Under the pieces are notes generated by a model that was not told the origin of the DNA, searched no databases, and was given only the letters and a program-made list of their open reading frames with translations. From the NCBI GenBank assembly GCA_044892525.1, contig CM097885.1:44888001-44952000 (forward strand): a DNA stretch of 64,000 bases. Reading direction: 5' to 3'. This DNA is from Schmidtea polychroa. Lineage: Eukaryota. Positions 52,688 through 64,000 of this stretch are shown piece by piece; within the stretch, counting starts at the first letter, position 1, and every line of letters begins with the position of its first letter. The position numbers and the translations under genes are program-made.

Positions 52688-54072
52688 CAGGCCCGTACCG
52701 TCGGGGGGGGCCCAGGAGGGCCCGGCCCCCCCCCAAACGCAAGTCTGGCCCCCCCAAATAAAAAAACGGACATGAATAAAAAATTACATTCAATATGTTT
52801 GATAAAAGAAAAATTGCTATCGTGTACACATGCATTGAGTTGCACATGTAGAGGTTTTTGTAGTGTGGACGGGGGTAGGATGTTCCATCTATCTGCCTCA
52901 CTGGAAGAGACTGGCATGTGAAGTCGGTGGCGTGGGTAGGGTGCGTGCTGTCTGTCTTTCCTGCCTCACAGGCAGTAACAACGCATGGAGGCATGAGTGA
53001 GTGTCAGAGCACGGAGTGGGTGCATTGTGGTCTTCATACGATGGTAGAGAGATAGGGCAATGAGAGCACATCACATGTCATTATACTCAACTCACTCCTA
53101 TGGCAGAGTGACATGTTAATTGATCATATTTTGTAACATTATTTTCATCGTATTAGATTCTAATATTATTAGAATAATATTATTAGAATTATATTATTAA
53201 ATCTTATATTTTTTTCACTCTATGTTTAGAAAATTTTTAAAAATGAAAATTTAAGTTTAAAAGTTAAGAGACTTCCTGATAGAAAAAACAAAATATATAA
53301 ACATGATTTAAGAAAATATTGCTAAATTGAAAAATAACTTTGAAAAATATATACTTTTTAGTAAAAAAAAAGTAGTATTTGAACGGTGGATATTTTATCA
53401 TTTTATTTTGTTTGAATATTATCTATTTTTAAGATCATTCCAAATTCAGTAATTTTATTAATTTTTGATACATTTTCATATATTTCTTCTGTATTTATTT
53501 AGTCTACAATTAAAATCTTTTTTATTTTCATCTTTTTTATTTTATTATTATTTATTTTATTTTTATGGTTGTATTAAGATAATAAATAATAAGATAATAA
53601 ATAATAAGATAATAATAATTAGAACATGTCGACAGAAAAGAGTATCATGAATTTCTTCCAAGTCATTCCAAAGAATTCTGTGACTTCAGTCACTTCATCC
53701 AGTGATAGTATCTCTGCTACTATGTCCTCAACTTGTGCTAGTCCTTCATCTGTACCTGCTATTTCATGTATCCGTGATTGTATGTCCAATTGTCCGTCGT
53801 GCAAATACATGCAGCTATTTGTTTTTTGTGTTTGTTCCTAAAAAATGTGCGAAAATCATTTACTATATACTAGTATATGCAATAATGTAGCAAAATAATG
53901 CTCAGACAAAATGTCGATTTTGCTTTCCTTTTTTTTAAATTGAACATTTCGGAGTGCAAAGTGTGAGTAGTGACTAGTCTGTTTTCATAAAATACTTAGT
54001 TTACACGAGAATTACTGCCCCCCCAAACGCAAGTCTGGCCCCCCCGTCAAAAGGTGTCACGGTACGGGGCTG
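52688..54072 (+). mobile_element. Non-autonomous hAT element (1385 bp)
   Basis: TIRs caggcccgtaccgt / acggtacggggctg; subterminal gccccccc-aaacgcaagtct-ggccccccc at both ends; short internal ORF MSTEKSIMNFF... resembles a hAT transposase N-terminus; flanks ccaccaac / caaactac match only partly. Confidence 0.85.
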
Positions 54073-55929
54073 CAAACTACTCCAATTATTGAAACAAAAA
54101 GATATCTAACTATTACTATAAATAAACAATAAATACCATGTATAAATATATAATTACTTAAAATAGAAATATTATATAAATGTATTTATAATTTTAATTA
54201 TAATATTAATTATAAACTACAAAAAAATAAAATATTATATAAGGAGGAATAACAGTCACCACAAAACAGAAAATTAAAATCAACAAGCTTTAATCGATAT
54301 CGAATGAAAAGCATTAAAGAAATTAATCCCCCAGAAGTGACTATTGCGAGTCAATAAACTTAGAGAATAATAACAACTGTGATTATCGTATTATATATTA
54401 ATTCCCACTTGCTGTCGATTAATTCAATTAAAAGTGTTTGCTTCTCAGAAGAAATTAGAAGTTAGAAAACTAAAGAATATTTGGCTGAAATAGATATTAA
54501 CTATAAGGTTATTTTATCTACATTTTTCTAACTAAATTAAAGGAAGCACATCTGACCACAGGTATCAACATTTCTGTTTGATTTACCTGCTGGAATTAAA
54601 CTTAAAGAGGGAATTTAATTAGGTAACGGTGGGACGACCTTGTTCTACACGATCGCATAAACTTTTTGACTCCTTCATCTTGTTCCAATCTTATTAGTTC
54701 AACGCTGTGAGACAGTTAGCCTCAGCGTGTGAAATCTTTCCCTGAGGACGGTTTGTACAATTGATTTCTGTTCTTTATAGTAGCGGCATTTTTGGGTTAT
54801 CTATTTAGCATTTGTATATTATGCATAATCAAATATATTTTTAGACAGAAAATAAGCGTTGTCATATTTAATATATATTTTTTGATTTATAATACCTACA
54901 CACCAGAAAGTTTATCTTTGGAGTGAGATAAATCAATGTTTTGTCTTAGACATCTTAGTCCACTAGATCGATCCTAACATTAGTATATGAAATGTTCACT
55001 TTAATTACAGCCTATTATATTCTAGTAATAATTTTTATACTAAAATTGTAATAAGTAAAACAAATTTAAAAACAATGAAACTGCAAAGATTCTTTTGAGC
55101 TATTTAACAAAATTAAAATGTAATATAATTATATTAACAAAAAGTACCGTTTTTGTATTGCAAGAATACCGCAATATTATTAATGTATTCTTAATTGCCA
55201 AAATTGATCAATTCAAATAAACAATTACGATAATAGTGAACAGGCGAACATGACTGTTAATTGAACTTTATTCAAATAAAATTCGTTTTTGTTTTAGTGA
55301 ATATTAATGAGAATATCTGAACCAATATTAAATATCCAAATTTTCATATACAGTACTGTTCATAATGATAAGGCCACCCTTATTAACACTACACACACAA
55401 ACTATACGTCAGATTACTTACAAATCCTTTCACATAATATATTTGCACACTATAAGCATATAATTACTGAAAGACACAAATAATGTTTTAAAACTATTCC
55501 TGGAAAAATCTGTTTTTAAACATTTCTAAATAAGTAATACTCGATTTTAAAATGTTTTTTAATTTTTCTATTTTAGCCTTTAATTTTTAGATCTTTTAAT
55601 TTTTCTCCTCACATATGATGTGAATGTGAATGAATGTGTGGTGCCTTTGACCTTCAGTTAATAAATATATTAATTTAGTAGTTAAATTGCAAATACATTG
55701 TTAAATTAATAAAATTAAAATACGTTGTTTTATTACCAACAGGTATGATGAATGTTGTCTTTATTACTGCTTTCATATTATTATTCTTAAAATGAAGGGT
55801 TTCACCCGTTTTAAAAGGTGGGTCAGCAAAATATTTTATTTTTCTTTCAAATTAGTCTTTCAGCAAGACAGTTGTTGAATGCGATTAAATAATATTTTGA
55901 AAAGATATAATTCAAACGATATATAATTA

Positions 55930-56520
55930 TTCTTTTTATTCAATATTTTCACCACTGACTTTATGGTTCTCGTTGAAAGCCACCTGTAATTTGTACATAG
56001 TTTGTTCGTTGTCTAGTTTAGTCCCATAAGTGTATCGTGCGCTTGTTTTATAATTGATTCCCAGTGATTTAGGGGCATAAAGACACAACTTTCTATAATT
56101 TAAATTGTATTCAATTGTTAGAAGTTCTTTGTGCCTTGCAAAGTTATGTTCCTTCTTTGAGCAGTTGGGCCAGTAACTCGTGATGATTTGATTCTTTTAT
56201 TCATTTTAAGAAATAGTTGTTACTTATTATGCTTCTAATGTCTGTGGTGAATTGTCCTTGATGAAATGGTAGAATTGATTATGTAATTTCTTCATTAGAA
56301 TTGAAAATGATTTCATCTTAAAGAAGTCTGGATAAAGCATTCACATGGGGTATTGACAAACCGGTAGTGTGCATCATTACATAATTGAAGCCCATGATTT
56401 CAATTGCCCACCTGACTATTCTTGTTGATATGATTTTTGCTAACGATCTTTTGTTATTAAAAATAGACTCGGACTATTTAGTAAATTTTCTTCGTAGAAG
56501 AAATAATAATAATCTTATAA
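55930..56520 (-). mobile_element. Ty3/Gypsy pol remnant (RNase H end to integrase zinc-binding region)
   Basis: YYFLLRRKFT...SIFNNKRSLAKIISTRIVRWAIEIMGFNY...GLSIPHVNALSRL, then AHDTLMG. Confidence 0.82.
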
Positions 56521-57389
56521 TTATTCAATAAATTACGTTATCTTTGATAAATTTATTTAATTGTTATTAATTAATTCAAATGAACTTGAGTACACAACCA
56601 TCGATTCCGAGAAATTGTGATGAAAAAATAAACTTTTTTTATTTTTTTGGTTCTGTGTTATATAATCAAAGAGACGCATGGATTCATGAAATCAAATCCT
56701 ACTGACACATTTATTAATAAAACCAACAATAAGCAAACTATTACAGTAAAGAAATTATAGCCAGAAATACACAATTTACTTCTGGATGTTATAAGTTGAG
56801 TTAATTTTTATGAAAAGAAAACATCACCTTTCAATCTCTCAAGAAAGTTAATTAATATTAGAGTAAGTACAAGATTACAATATGAAAATTACAATAAAAA
56901 TCCTTTTATAATTGGTAGATGGAGCTGAAAAACGAATATTCAGAATAAAAAAGCGCAGCGATACCATGCTGCAATACCATTTTCTTCTACCTAACATTTA
57001 TGAGGTTTCATTTTCTGTAATGATAAAAATTAAAATCAAATACCAAAATAAATAAAACCTTGAACTGGACTTCAAATTGTAGCATCAGAAAGCATCAAAA
57101 CAAATTTCTCTGATATAATTAAACATATGCAGCCCCATCGTTTCCATTAAATTTGAATGGGAAAAATTAATGTATGTAAACTGTTGAAGATAAATAATCT
57201 GTAATAAAATTTATTTATTTATTTTAGTTAAGATTGAATGAGTGTTAAAATTTAGAAAAAGTTAAAAAAGGAATACGGTTTGCTAATTATTGTGCGGCGG
57301 TATCCGATCGGGTTACTTGACTTAAAAAAAAATGTAGTACACCATTTCCAAATTGAATCTGCGGCAGTATTTCACTTTCGCCCCATGAT

Positions 57390-57813
57390 TTTGAAAATGG
57401 CGAATATTTATAAAATATTGTTTTAAGTATTTTTGACGTTTGAATTTTTCTGTCTAAATTTGTAAATTTAAAAACTAAATGAACATTTTGATATTCATCT
57501 TTATTTTCTCGACAACTCATATTTTTAAAAAATTGAATTCAATATAATCTTTGGCATTGAATTCTTAATTGTAATTTGCTACTTTTTTTCACAAATAATA
57601 CCATTAAATGTTTTGATTCCATGAACTATTTCTATGTATTGAAAGTGTACATGGATTTTTTAATGTGTTGCATTTGTGTGTTAAATTTATTTTTTTTATC
57701 ATTTTCAATTTATATATAAGTTTTTATTCCTTACAACATTAAATATTTACACACAGATTGGGTTTCGATAATATAACTTTATTGATTTTTTTAATATTAT
57801 AAGTTTTTATTCC
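57390..57813 (+). repeat. Unclassified AT-rich interspersed repeat, copy 2
   Basis: Homologous to 24605-24993; ends tataagtttttattccatgcaaac. Confidence 0.65.
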
Positions 57814-58344
57814 ATGCAAACGGGTGTAGCAAATTGAATTTGGAAATGATATCATTTGTGATTATTGGATTGACAAATAAATTTTTTGTTTAGAGTCTCT
57901 ATACCTTTCGAATACAAAGAACCAATACAAGTCACTATCTAAGAACACTGTGACAGAAAAAATTTATTAATATCGCAATTAAATAAAACATTTTTAATAA
58001 TAAATTTCAGCAGTTTGTCCGAAATTGATTGATCAATAAATGATTAATAGAAATTAATTATGACAAGTCACGAAATCTCAATTATCCCAAATTGCGGAGT
58101 GAACTGCATTCTCGACAATTTTCACTGCGCCATTTGACAAACAAAAACATTATACAAAACAGAAACGAAATTTACATTTTTATTTCAGATAAATTTATTT
58201 TCATTCCAACAATAATTGTCTGAACAATTTAAAAAATTTATTGAAAAATACTTGCATTCAAATTGTGCTGAAATTTCCAAAACAAAGGCAAGCGGATTTG
58301 TTGTAGAATTTGTAGTACAGTTCACGCACACTAACTGGATTCTG

Positions 58345-58349
58345 ATTGG
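58345..58349 (-). promoter_or_regulatory. Candidate CCAAT (NF-Y) box upstream of the glycosyltransferase ORF
   Basis: ctgATTGGctg about 50 nt upstream of the ATG at 58399. Motif match only. Confidence 0.25.
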
Positions 58350-58398
58350 CTGTCATCGTAATGTAGTCTAAACCAATTCATTATAATCATTTGTTGAA

Positions 58399-59634
58399 AT
58401 GAAAAAAATAATTTTCAAAATAATGAATCGTCTGATCAGGAATCGTGATATTTTAGTCATTGTGCTGCTAATCGTTATTATTTGTTTATTCAATTTTCAC
58501 TTCAGTCAAGGAGATCGTTCAGCTTCAAATCAACAACAGAAACTTCGTTCATCGATTTACAAATCGAAACCGAATATCAATTCCAAACTTAACAATGAAG
58601 ATCACTTCAATAATTCCTTGTTAAGTCAATTCAATAATCTTCAAACCAATGAAACGTCTAATCTGACTAATTCTGTAATAGAATTGTCAACAGTTTTGCC
58701 TTCATTTGTTGATCTGAAACGAGAACTAATCAATGAATTAAATTCAGCGAAAGATTATCGCAAAATCTGCAGTAATAATAAATCCCCAAATGTCAATTTT
58801 ACAATTGATGAAAGCCTCTTCAATTCCAACGATGTCGATTGTCCTAGTGGGTCTTTTATTGTTTTTCTAGTTGTTTCAAATGTAGATGATTTTCAAATGA
58901 GAGAAAAAATTCGACAATCTTGGAGTGCGGTTCGTCAAATGCACGAATCGAAATTGAATACTTTGTTTTTCGTCTTCTCAGAAAAACCATTGACAGATAA
59001 ACAGAAAGCAGCAATGAAAAAAGAAAACGAACAATACTACGATGTGGTTTATTTTCCAGTTCTATTTTCACAGAAAACTGAATTAGAATTCTACTTGAAA
59101 ATATTTCACTTTTCCATTTTCTCCTGCATGAATTCTGAATATTTCGTGTTGTTGAATGATGGAGTTTTCGTTAATTTGCCCACTCTGTTTGAATCTATAT
59201 TGACGAATAAAGACATCAAATCGACAAATGATAGGAAATCTTTAATGCTTTGTAAAGTGAATAAAAACGCCATTGCTGTTAGAAATAAAAAAAGCCCCTG
59301 GTATGTATCGAATCAGGAGTGGCCCGAGAAGCATTATCCCGCCTATTGTGATCTTACCAATGGAATTATCATGTCTCAATATGTAGTACGCGATCTACTG
59401 ATGTGTTCATATTACTCGAACAAGCTCTGGATCAATGACGTTTTTCTTACTGGAATTTTGGCGCAAAAATTATCAATTAAAGTCGAAGCATTTATGGAAG
59501 ATTTCTCGTCGAATATTATGAAAAATCATTATGTTTATGACGATTTATCACGAAGTATTTTCTTAACTGACGGAGAGCCATTTAATTCTAGAATATGGCG
59601 TTTGCTTTTGAGTAAATCATTGAGAGAATTTTAA
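58399..59634 (+). CDS. Intronless GT31 beta-1,3-galactosyltransferase-like type II membrane protein (411 aa)
   Basis: N-terminal TM helix (ILVIVLLIVIICLF) and stem; FLVVSNVDDFQMREKIRQSW, FFVFS, KENEQYYDVV, VFVNL, R...SPWYVS..EWP...YPAYC and INDVFLTGILA follow the Galactosyl_T motif order. Confidence 0.9.
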   Translation: MKKIIFKIMNRLIRNRDILVIVLLIVIICLFNFHFSQGDRSASNQQQKLRSSIYKSKPNINSKLNNEDHFNNSLLSQFNNLQTNETSNLTNSVIELSTVLPSFVDLKRELINELNSAKDYRKICSNNKSPNVNFTIDESLFNSNDVDCPSGSFIVFLVVSNVDDFQMREKIRQSWSAVRQMHESKLNTLFFVFSEKPLTDKQKAAMKKENEQYYDVVYFPVLFSQKTELEFYLKIFHFSIFSCMNSEYFVLLNDGVFVNLPTLFESILTNKDIKSTNDRKSLMLCKVNKNAIAVRNKKSPWYVSNQEWPEKHYPAYCDLTNGIIMSQYVVRDLLMCSYYSNKLWINDVFLTGILAQKLSIKVEAFMEDFSSNIMKNHYVYDDLSRSIFLTDGEPFNSRIWRLLLSKSLREF

Positions 59635-61303
59635 AATGTGTATTTTTTATTTGATCAAATTTATAAAAAATTTATTGAAATGCAGAGAAAAAGAAACCAA
59701 GCTTTTGTTTGGCTGATTGCTTGGTTAATTGCCAAATTTTGTAATTCTTTATTCAAGATTAATAAGATTTTAATTGTTGTTTTATCTTTTGTAGTTGTCT
59801 TTACATGTTGATAATTCAGAGTTTTTTGGCTAATTGGGTCTTATTTAAAAAATTATTGAATAATAAAATTTAATTAATTGAAAATAGTAAACAATTATTT
59901 TTTTGTAAATCGTGCTGAATGTTTAAATGGCCTAAATTATATTATTGTTTTAATTAAATAAACTTCAACAACCAACTTTGATGCTATGAATTAAACTACT
60001 ATCCATAATAAAAATATTCTTAAATAAATTATCCAAAAAAATTTAAGTGAAATAGAAAATGAAAAATTTATGTAATTTAAATAAAAATCAAGAAATAGAA
60101 AAAAGGATGCATCGAGCAAATAAATTGTAACAATAAGATTTCATTTTTATTAATACTTGTAAAATGCCGTATGTAATTGAATCCAATACAAATAGATAAT
60201 TTAAACAGAACTAAAATATAACAATTTGGTCATTGATCTCCGTTTAAATTACAGTAACGTTCAAAATTAATATTATTTATTTTTAATTGACGAAACAAAA
60301 TATTTTTTTTGCAAAAATGATTTAAAAATTCTTTAAAAAATATCCATCATCAAAAAAATAACAACTCTCTCATCAATATTCAGCTTGCATAAAATAGTTG
60401 TTTCTAATTTGCCCAATTTACATCTTTCTTCTTTAGAACTTAATAAAATAAAATTAAATAATCATACAATAAACTAAATTTAAATATAAAATATAAGAGA
60501 CTTTCTGTTAGCCAGATTTCATTAAAATTAGTTAACACTAGAAAAAAGGCTGTGTTGAAAATTATCCGTATCAAATTTAAAACATAATATTAACCTATAA
60601 AATATATTAGTGCTTATGCGTCGTTGCTGTAAATTTTAAATTCTTATTCAACTACTAAGAGATCACGAATGGTCTTTGAGACTTTTAAAATAATTTACAA
60701 TTTAAAGCATCATATAATTTATTTTTATTATAACATCTGACAAGGGTTTCACATGTTGAGAAGCTCAAAGTAGTACAACTCAATAATCTACTACAGTAGT
60801 ACGTAGGACAAATATCCAAATTGTAGGACTGTCCTACCAAAAGTAGAACATGTGACAACTCTACATCAGACATAGTTAGATTATATAATAATCATATGCC
60901 TTATACTGATCAGTCGGTTAGCGATATTCATTATTGATTGTCCAATAAAAGTTTGTTTGTTTCGATCTGAGGTATAGTTAAAATATGTGTTCTGATCTGC
61001 AATAGAAACCATTCTGTCGAAATTCAAAATTGTTTAATCGGAATTAGAAATAAATTTATTATAATTCGAAATCAATTGTCGTGTATTGGAAAACGAATTA
61101 TTAATAAAATCCAAGATTATATAGTTTTCGATTTCTCGCATTTCCTTCTCTTTATTTCCATTTTTCTGGAATCATGTTCTTGTCTTTAATTAAACCAACT
61201 TCCCTTTATTTTTTATTTTTAATTTCGCAAATATTTTAATATAAATATTAATTATAAATAATTTTAAATATAGATAATTTAATATAAATTTAAATATAAT
61301 AAT

Positions 61304-62790
61304 AGTAGTAGTGTAGTAGTAGTAAAAATAATCTATTTAAGAAAAATAATATTTATAATCCCATAAAAATTAATAATTTTTGGAAAATAATTCTTGGAAA
61401 AATTCTCGGACTTGAAAAAATTATAGAAAATAATTCTGGGAAAATTCTTGGGGAAAAATAATTCTCATACTTGGAGCCAACGCAAATATTCTTAGTATAA
61501 AAATGTATTTTTTCCAACCTTGTGAAAAAAATATTTCAAAATCTCAAAAATCGAAACACGAAAGATCCAAAATTCGGGGAAAATTTTTCAAGAGCAATTG
61601 CTAATACAGCAATGAAAGCAAAGATTGTTTTAGGTGGTAAAATCGATAATAATAAGGTTTTAATAAGTGAATTGCACAAAGAATATAGAAATAATAAAAA
61701 ATATTTACAAATTAAAGTTTTTAACAAAGATGATATTTGGTCGGCAGATTTAATTGAAACAGTAAATTCGAAAAATAATGAAAATTATAAATTATATCCT
61801 AACAATCATTGATTTGTATACTAGATATGCTTGGTCAATTTCATTATTAGACAAGAAAGGAGAAACAATTAAAGATGCATTTGAAAACTTGATTGAGCTA
61901 TCAAATAGATTTCCTAATAAATTATATGTTAATAATGGCACCGAGTTTTATAACAAAACATTTAAAGATTTTTTACAAGAAAACGATATTGAAATTTATT
62001 CAACTTACAACCAACTAGATGAAAGATCACAAGGTCCATCACACAATCCAGTTATTGAACAATTCAAACGAACACTTAAAAGTTTAATGTACAAAAAATT
62101 TACAGTACAAGAAAATAGAATTTGGATTGATATTTTACCAGATTTGATGAATTTGATGATGTTATAATAATAAAGTTCATAAAATGAAAAAAATAACTCC
62201 AATAGAAGCAAGTAATAATCACGATTTCATACAAGAAATTACACGTGAAAATAATTATGCTAATAGCGATTTGATTGAAAAACAAAAATTTAATGTAGAA
62301 AACAGAGTTAGAATATTTAAATGGAAAAAAATTTGAAAAATAAAAATTACACATCAATAGTCAAAAGAAATATTTATCATCAAGAAAATATATCCAACAA
62401 AACCATTTACTTATAAACTACATGATTTGAATGATGAAGAAATATTAGGTAGATTGTATCAACGAGAATTACAAAAAAACTATTTTTTAATTTCTCGAAA
62501 CCTTCTCCTTCAAAACTTACAAATTTTTCAGGTTAAGCATTTATTACTATAAGAAAACCAATTCTTGGATCGCATATTTTCCTGAGTTAAACCAGAACCC
62601 TTAAACTTTTTCTTCTTTTTATTTTAAAATTCAAATTCGATTACCATTTTTCACAATTAAAAATGAAAAAAGATGTTGATGAAGAATTCATAAACAAAAT
62701 AAAATCAATCGTTGAAAATGATAAACCAAAAACAATAATTTATAATGTTAAAAAAAGCATACATTTCAAAAGAAAAAATGAAATAATAAC
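61304..62790 (+). mobile_element. Polinton/Maverick left end with a disrupted retroviral-type integrase
   Basis: AGT-tandem terminus (agtagtagtgtagtagtagt, 61304-61323) with subterminal aaaataattct-gg repeats; IANTAMKAKIVLG, ELHK, DIWSADL, YILTIIDLYTRYAW, LYVNNGTEFYN, IEQFKRTLK..MYKKFT...WIDILPDL, YNNKVH. Frameshift near 61790; the second catalytic Asp appears as Asn. Confidence 0.85.
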
Positions 62791-63001
62791 TGTTAGGGAT
62801 ATTTAAATAATTAATTTATAAATAAAATATATATTATATTATAAGAAAAAGTATAATAAGTATGAAAGCTGGCACGCATAATTAGCATTATTATTTAATT
62901 AATTAATTCGCCATTTAAATCGGGTGTTTTAATAATACCAGATTTATGCAATAATTTGTATTTTGTATTTTGTATTAAAAATAAATATTTATAGATTATT
63001 A
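62791..63001 (+). mobile_element. Probable 5' LTR of a Ty3/Gypsy element
   Basis: Starts TGTTAGGG where the Polinton ORF breaks off, contains aataaa, and is followed by a PBS-like actggt and the gag ATG. The 3' boundary is approximate. Confidence 0.6.
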
Positions 63002-63017
63002 ACTGGTTATTATTAAC

Positions 63018-64000
63018 ATGGCGACCCTGGTAATGATCAATAAAATGATCCCGGATATTTACGATGGCAGCGTCGATGTAGACGTTTTTATTGGAGAATG
63101 CAAGAGGTATTTCCAATTATGTGGATTAGAACAAGCCAGCCAAAGTATGATGATCAAATGTTTAATCGCAAGAGAGTTGTTGCCAATTTATGAAGCAATA
63201 GAAGAAAATGAAATTTGTTTTGAAGACAGATTGAAAAAGGCTTTCAAGAAACCAACGACGTTGATAGGGGATTTTCTAACCCTTTGCAATTATGAAAAGA
63301 ACGATGATACTGCCCCAGTATATTTCGAAAAAATAGAAAAGATGGTTGACCAAGTTCTGAAGCACAAATGGGACAAGAAAGAATTAATGTCATATTTTTT
63401 GGTCCATTGTATCAAAGACAAGGATACACAGAAAGAAATAAAGATGAGAGATGCGATGAGCGTCGACGAAATAAAAGGAGTGATAAAGAAGGTTGATGAT
63501 ATAAACATTGAAGTATCCGGAATTTCAGTTTTGAATAGAAGGAAGGAAACGTTTGCGAGTATTGTCAAGACGAGACAAGGATTTGCCGATAGACAGAATC
63601 AAAGCAGAACTTTTACAAATTCACAACGAAGTGAACACAGATATGATTCAACACCGAGGATGAAAGCCGATAATTTCCAGAACAGATTCCAACAAAGAGA
63701 AATACCGGTTAGAAGCAGACCAGTTATTACATGTTGGAATTGTCAGGAGGTGGGTCATATGAGTCGAGAATATCGGAAACCAAGGGTTCAGAAATGCTTC
63801 CAATGTGGAAAAGAAGGGCACCAATCTAGAGAGTGCAATCAGAGAACACAGAATGCAGAGATGAGATGTTTTGCGTGTAAAGATATTGGACACAACAGAA
63901 GAGAATGCCCATCAATATCGTGCTCAGGATGCGGTAGAAGAGGCCACCTACGATTTCAATGCTGGAATCAGACAGACAGAAGAAGATACGCAGACGAGCG
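63018..64000 (+). CDS. gag: Ty3/Gypsy Gag with four zinc knuckles; open to the window end (not in the ORF track)
   Basis: Uninterrupted 327 codons from ATG 63018: MATLVMINKMIPDIYDGSVDVDVFIGECKRYF...CWNCQEVGHMSREY, CFQCGKEGHQSREC, CFACKDIGHNRREC, CSGCGRRGHLRFQC. Confidence 0.92.
   Translation, partial: MATLVMINKMIPDIYDGSVDVDVFIGECKRYFQLCGLEQASQSMMIKCLIARELLPIYEAIEENEICFEDRLKKAFKKPTTLIGDFLTLCNYEKNDDTAPVYFEKIEKMVDQVLKHKWDKKELMSYFLVHCIKDKDTQKEIKMRDAMSVDEIKGVIKKVDDINIEVSGISVLNRRKETFASIVKTRQGFADRQNQSRTFTNSQRSEHRYDSTPRMKADNFQNRFQQREIPVRSRPVITCWNCQEVGHMSREYRKPRVQKCFQCGKEGHQSRECNQRTQNAEMRCFACKDIGHNRRECPSISCSGCGRRGHLRFQCWNQTDRRRYADE

Noticed and set aside
52663-52994. Gly/Pro-rich ORFs on the minus strand
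   Set aside because: They are read through the GC-rich terminal repeats of the hAT element.
57287-57520. 77-aa ORF with a plausible ATG
   Set aside because: It overlaps the AT-rich interspersed repeat also present at 24605, where the frame is not evidently conserved.

Overview
A strongly AT-rich, transposon-dense eukaryotic region. The gene set (CAND1, metazoan-type TADA2B, ciliary FAM161, KDM4, a GT31 glycosyltransferase) points to a fast-evolving invertebrate animal; the species cannot be determined from the sequence alone. I reconstructed four spliced genes by hand, with GT-AG junctions and consistent reading phase: CAND1 (minus, 5' part, running off the left edge), TADA2B (minus, complete, 451 aa), FAM161 (plus, about 740 aa, 5' end unresolved) and a short KDM4 (plus, 432 aa). 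There is also an intronless beta-1,3-galactosyltransferase-like ORF. Introns are sharply bimodal: 20 are 34-76 nt and 10 are about 1-7 kb and often TE-filled. The rest is mostly TE debris: piggyBac, several hAT elements and MITEs, pogo, mariner, Helitron, an RLE non-LTR fragment, Penelope-like and Ty3/Gypsy remnants, and solo-LTR-like repeats. At the right end, a Polinton/Maverick terminus is interrupted by a Gypsy element whose gag ORF is open to the window edge. I found no tRNA, rRNA or CRISPR array. I cannot demonstrate a clearly new biological system here. The best leads are the degenerate DxD motif in the glycosyltransferase, the SWIRM-less TADA2B, the intron architecture, a decayed Sina-like gene nested in a CAND1 intron, a possible hidden small-exon gene, and two structured GC-rich motifs.
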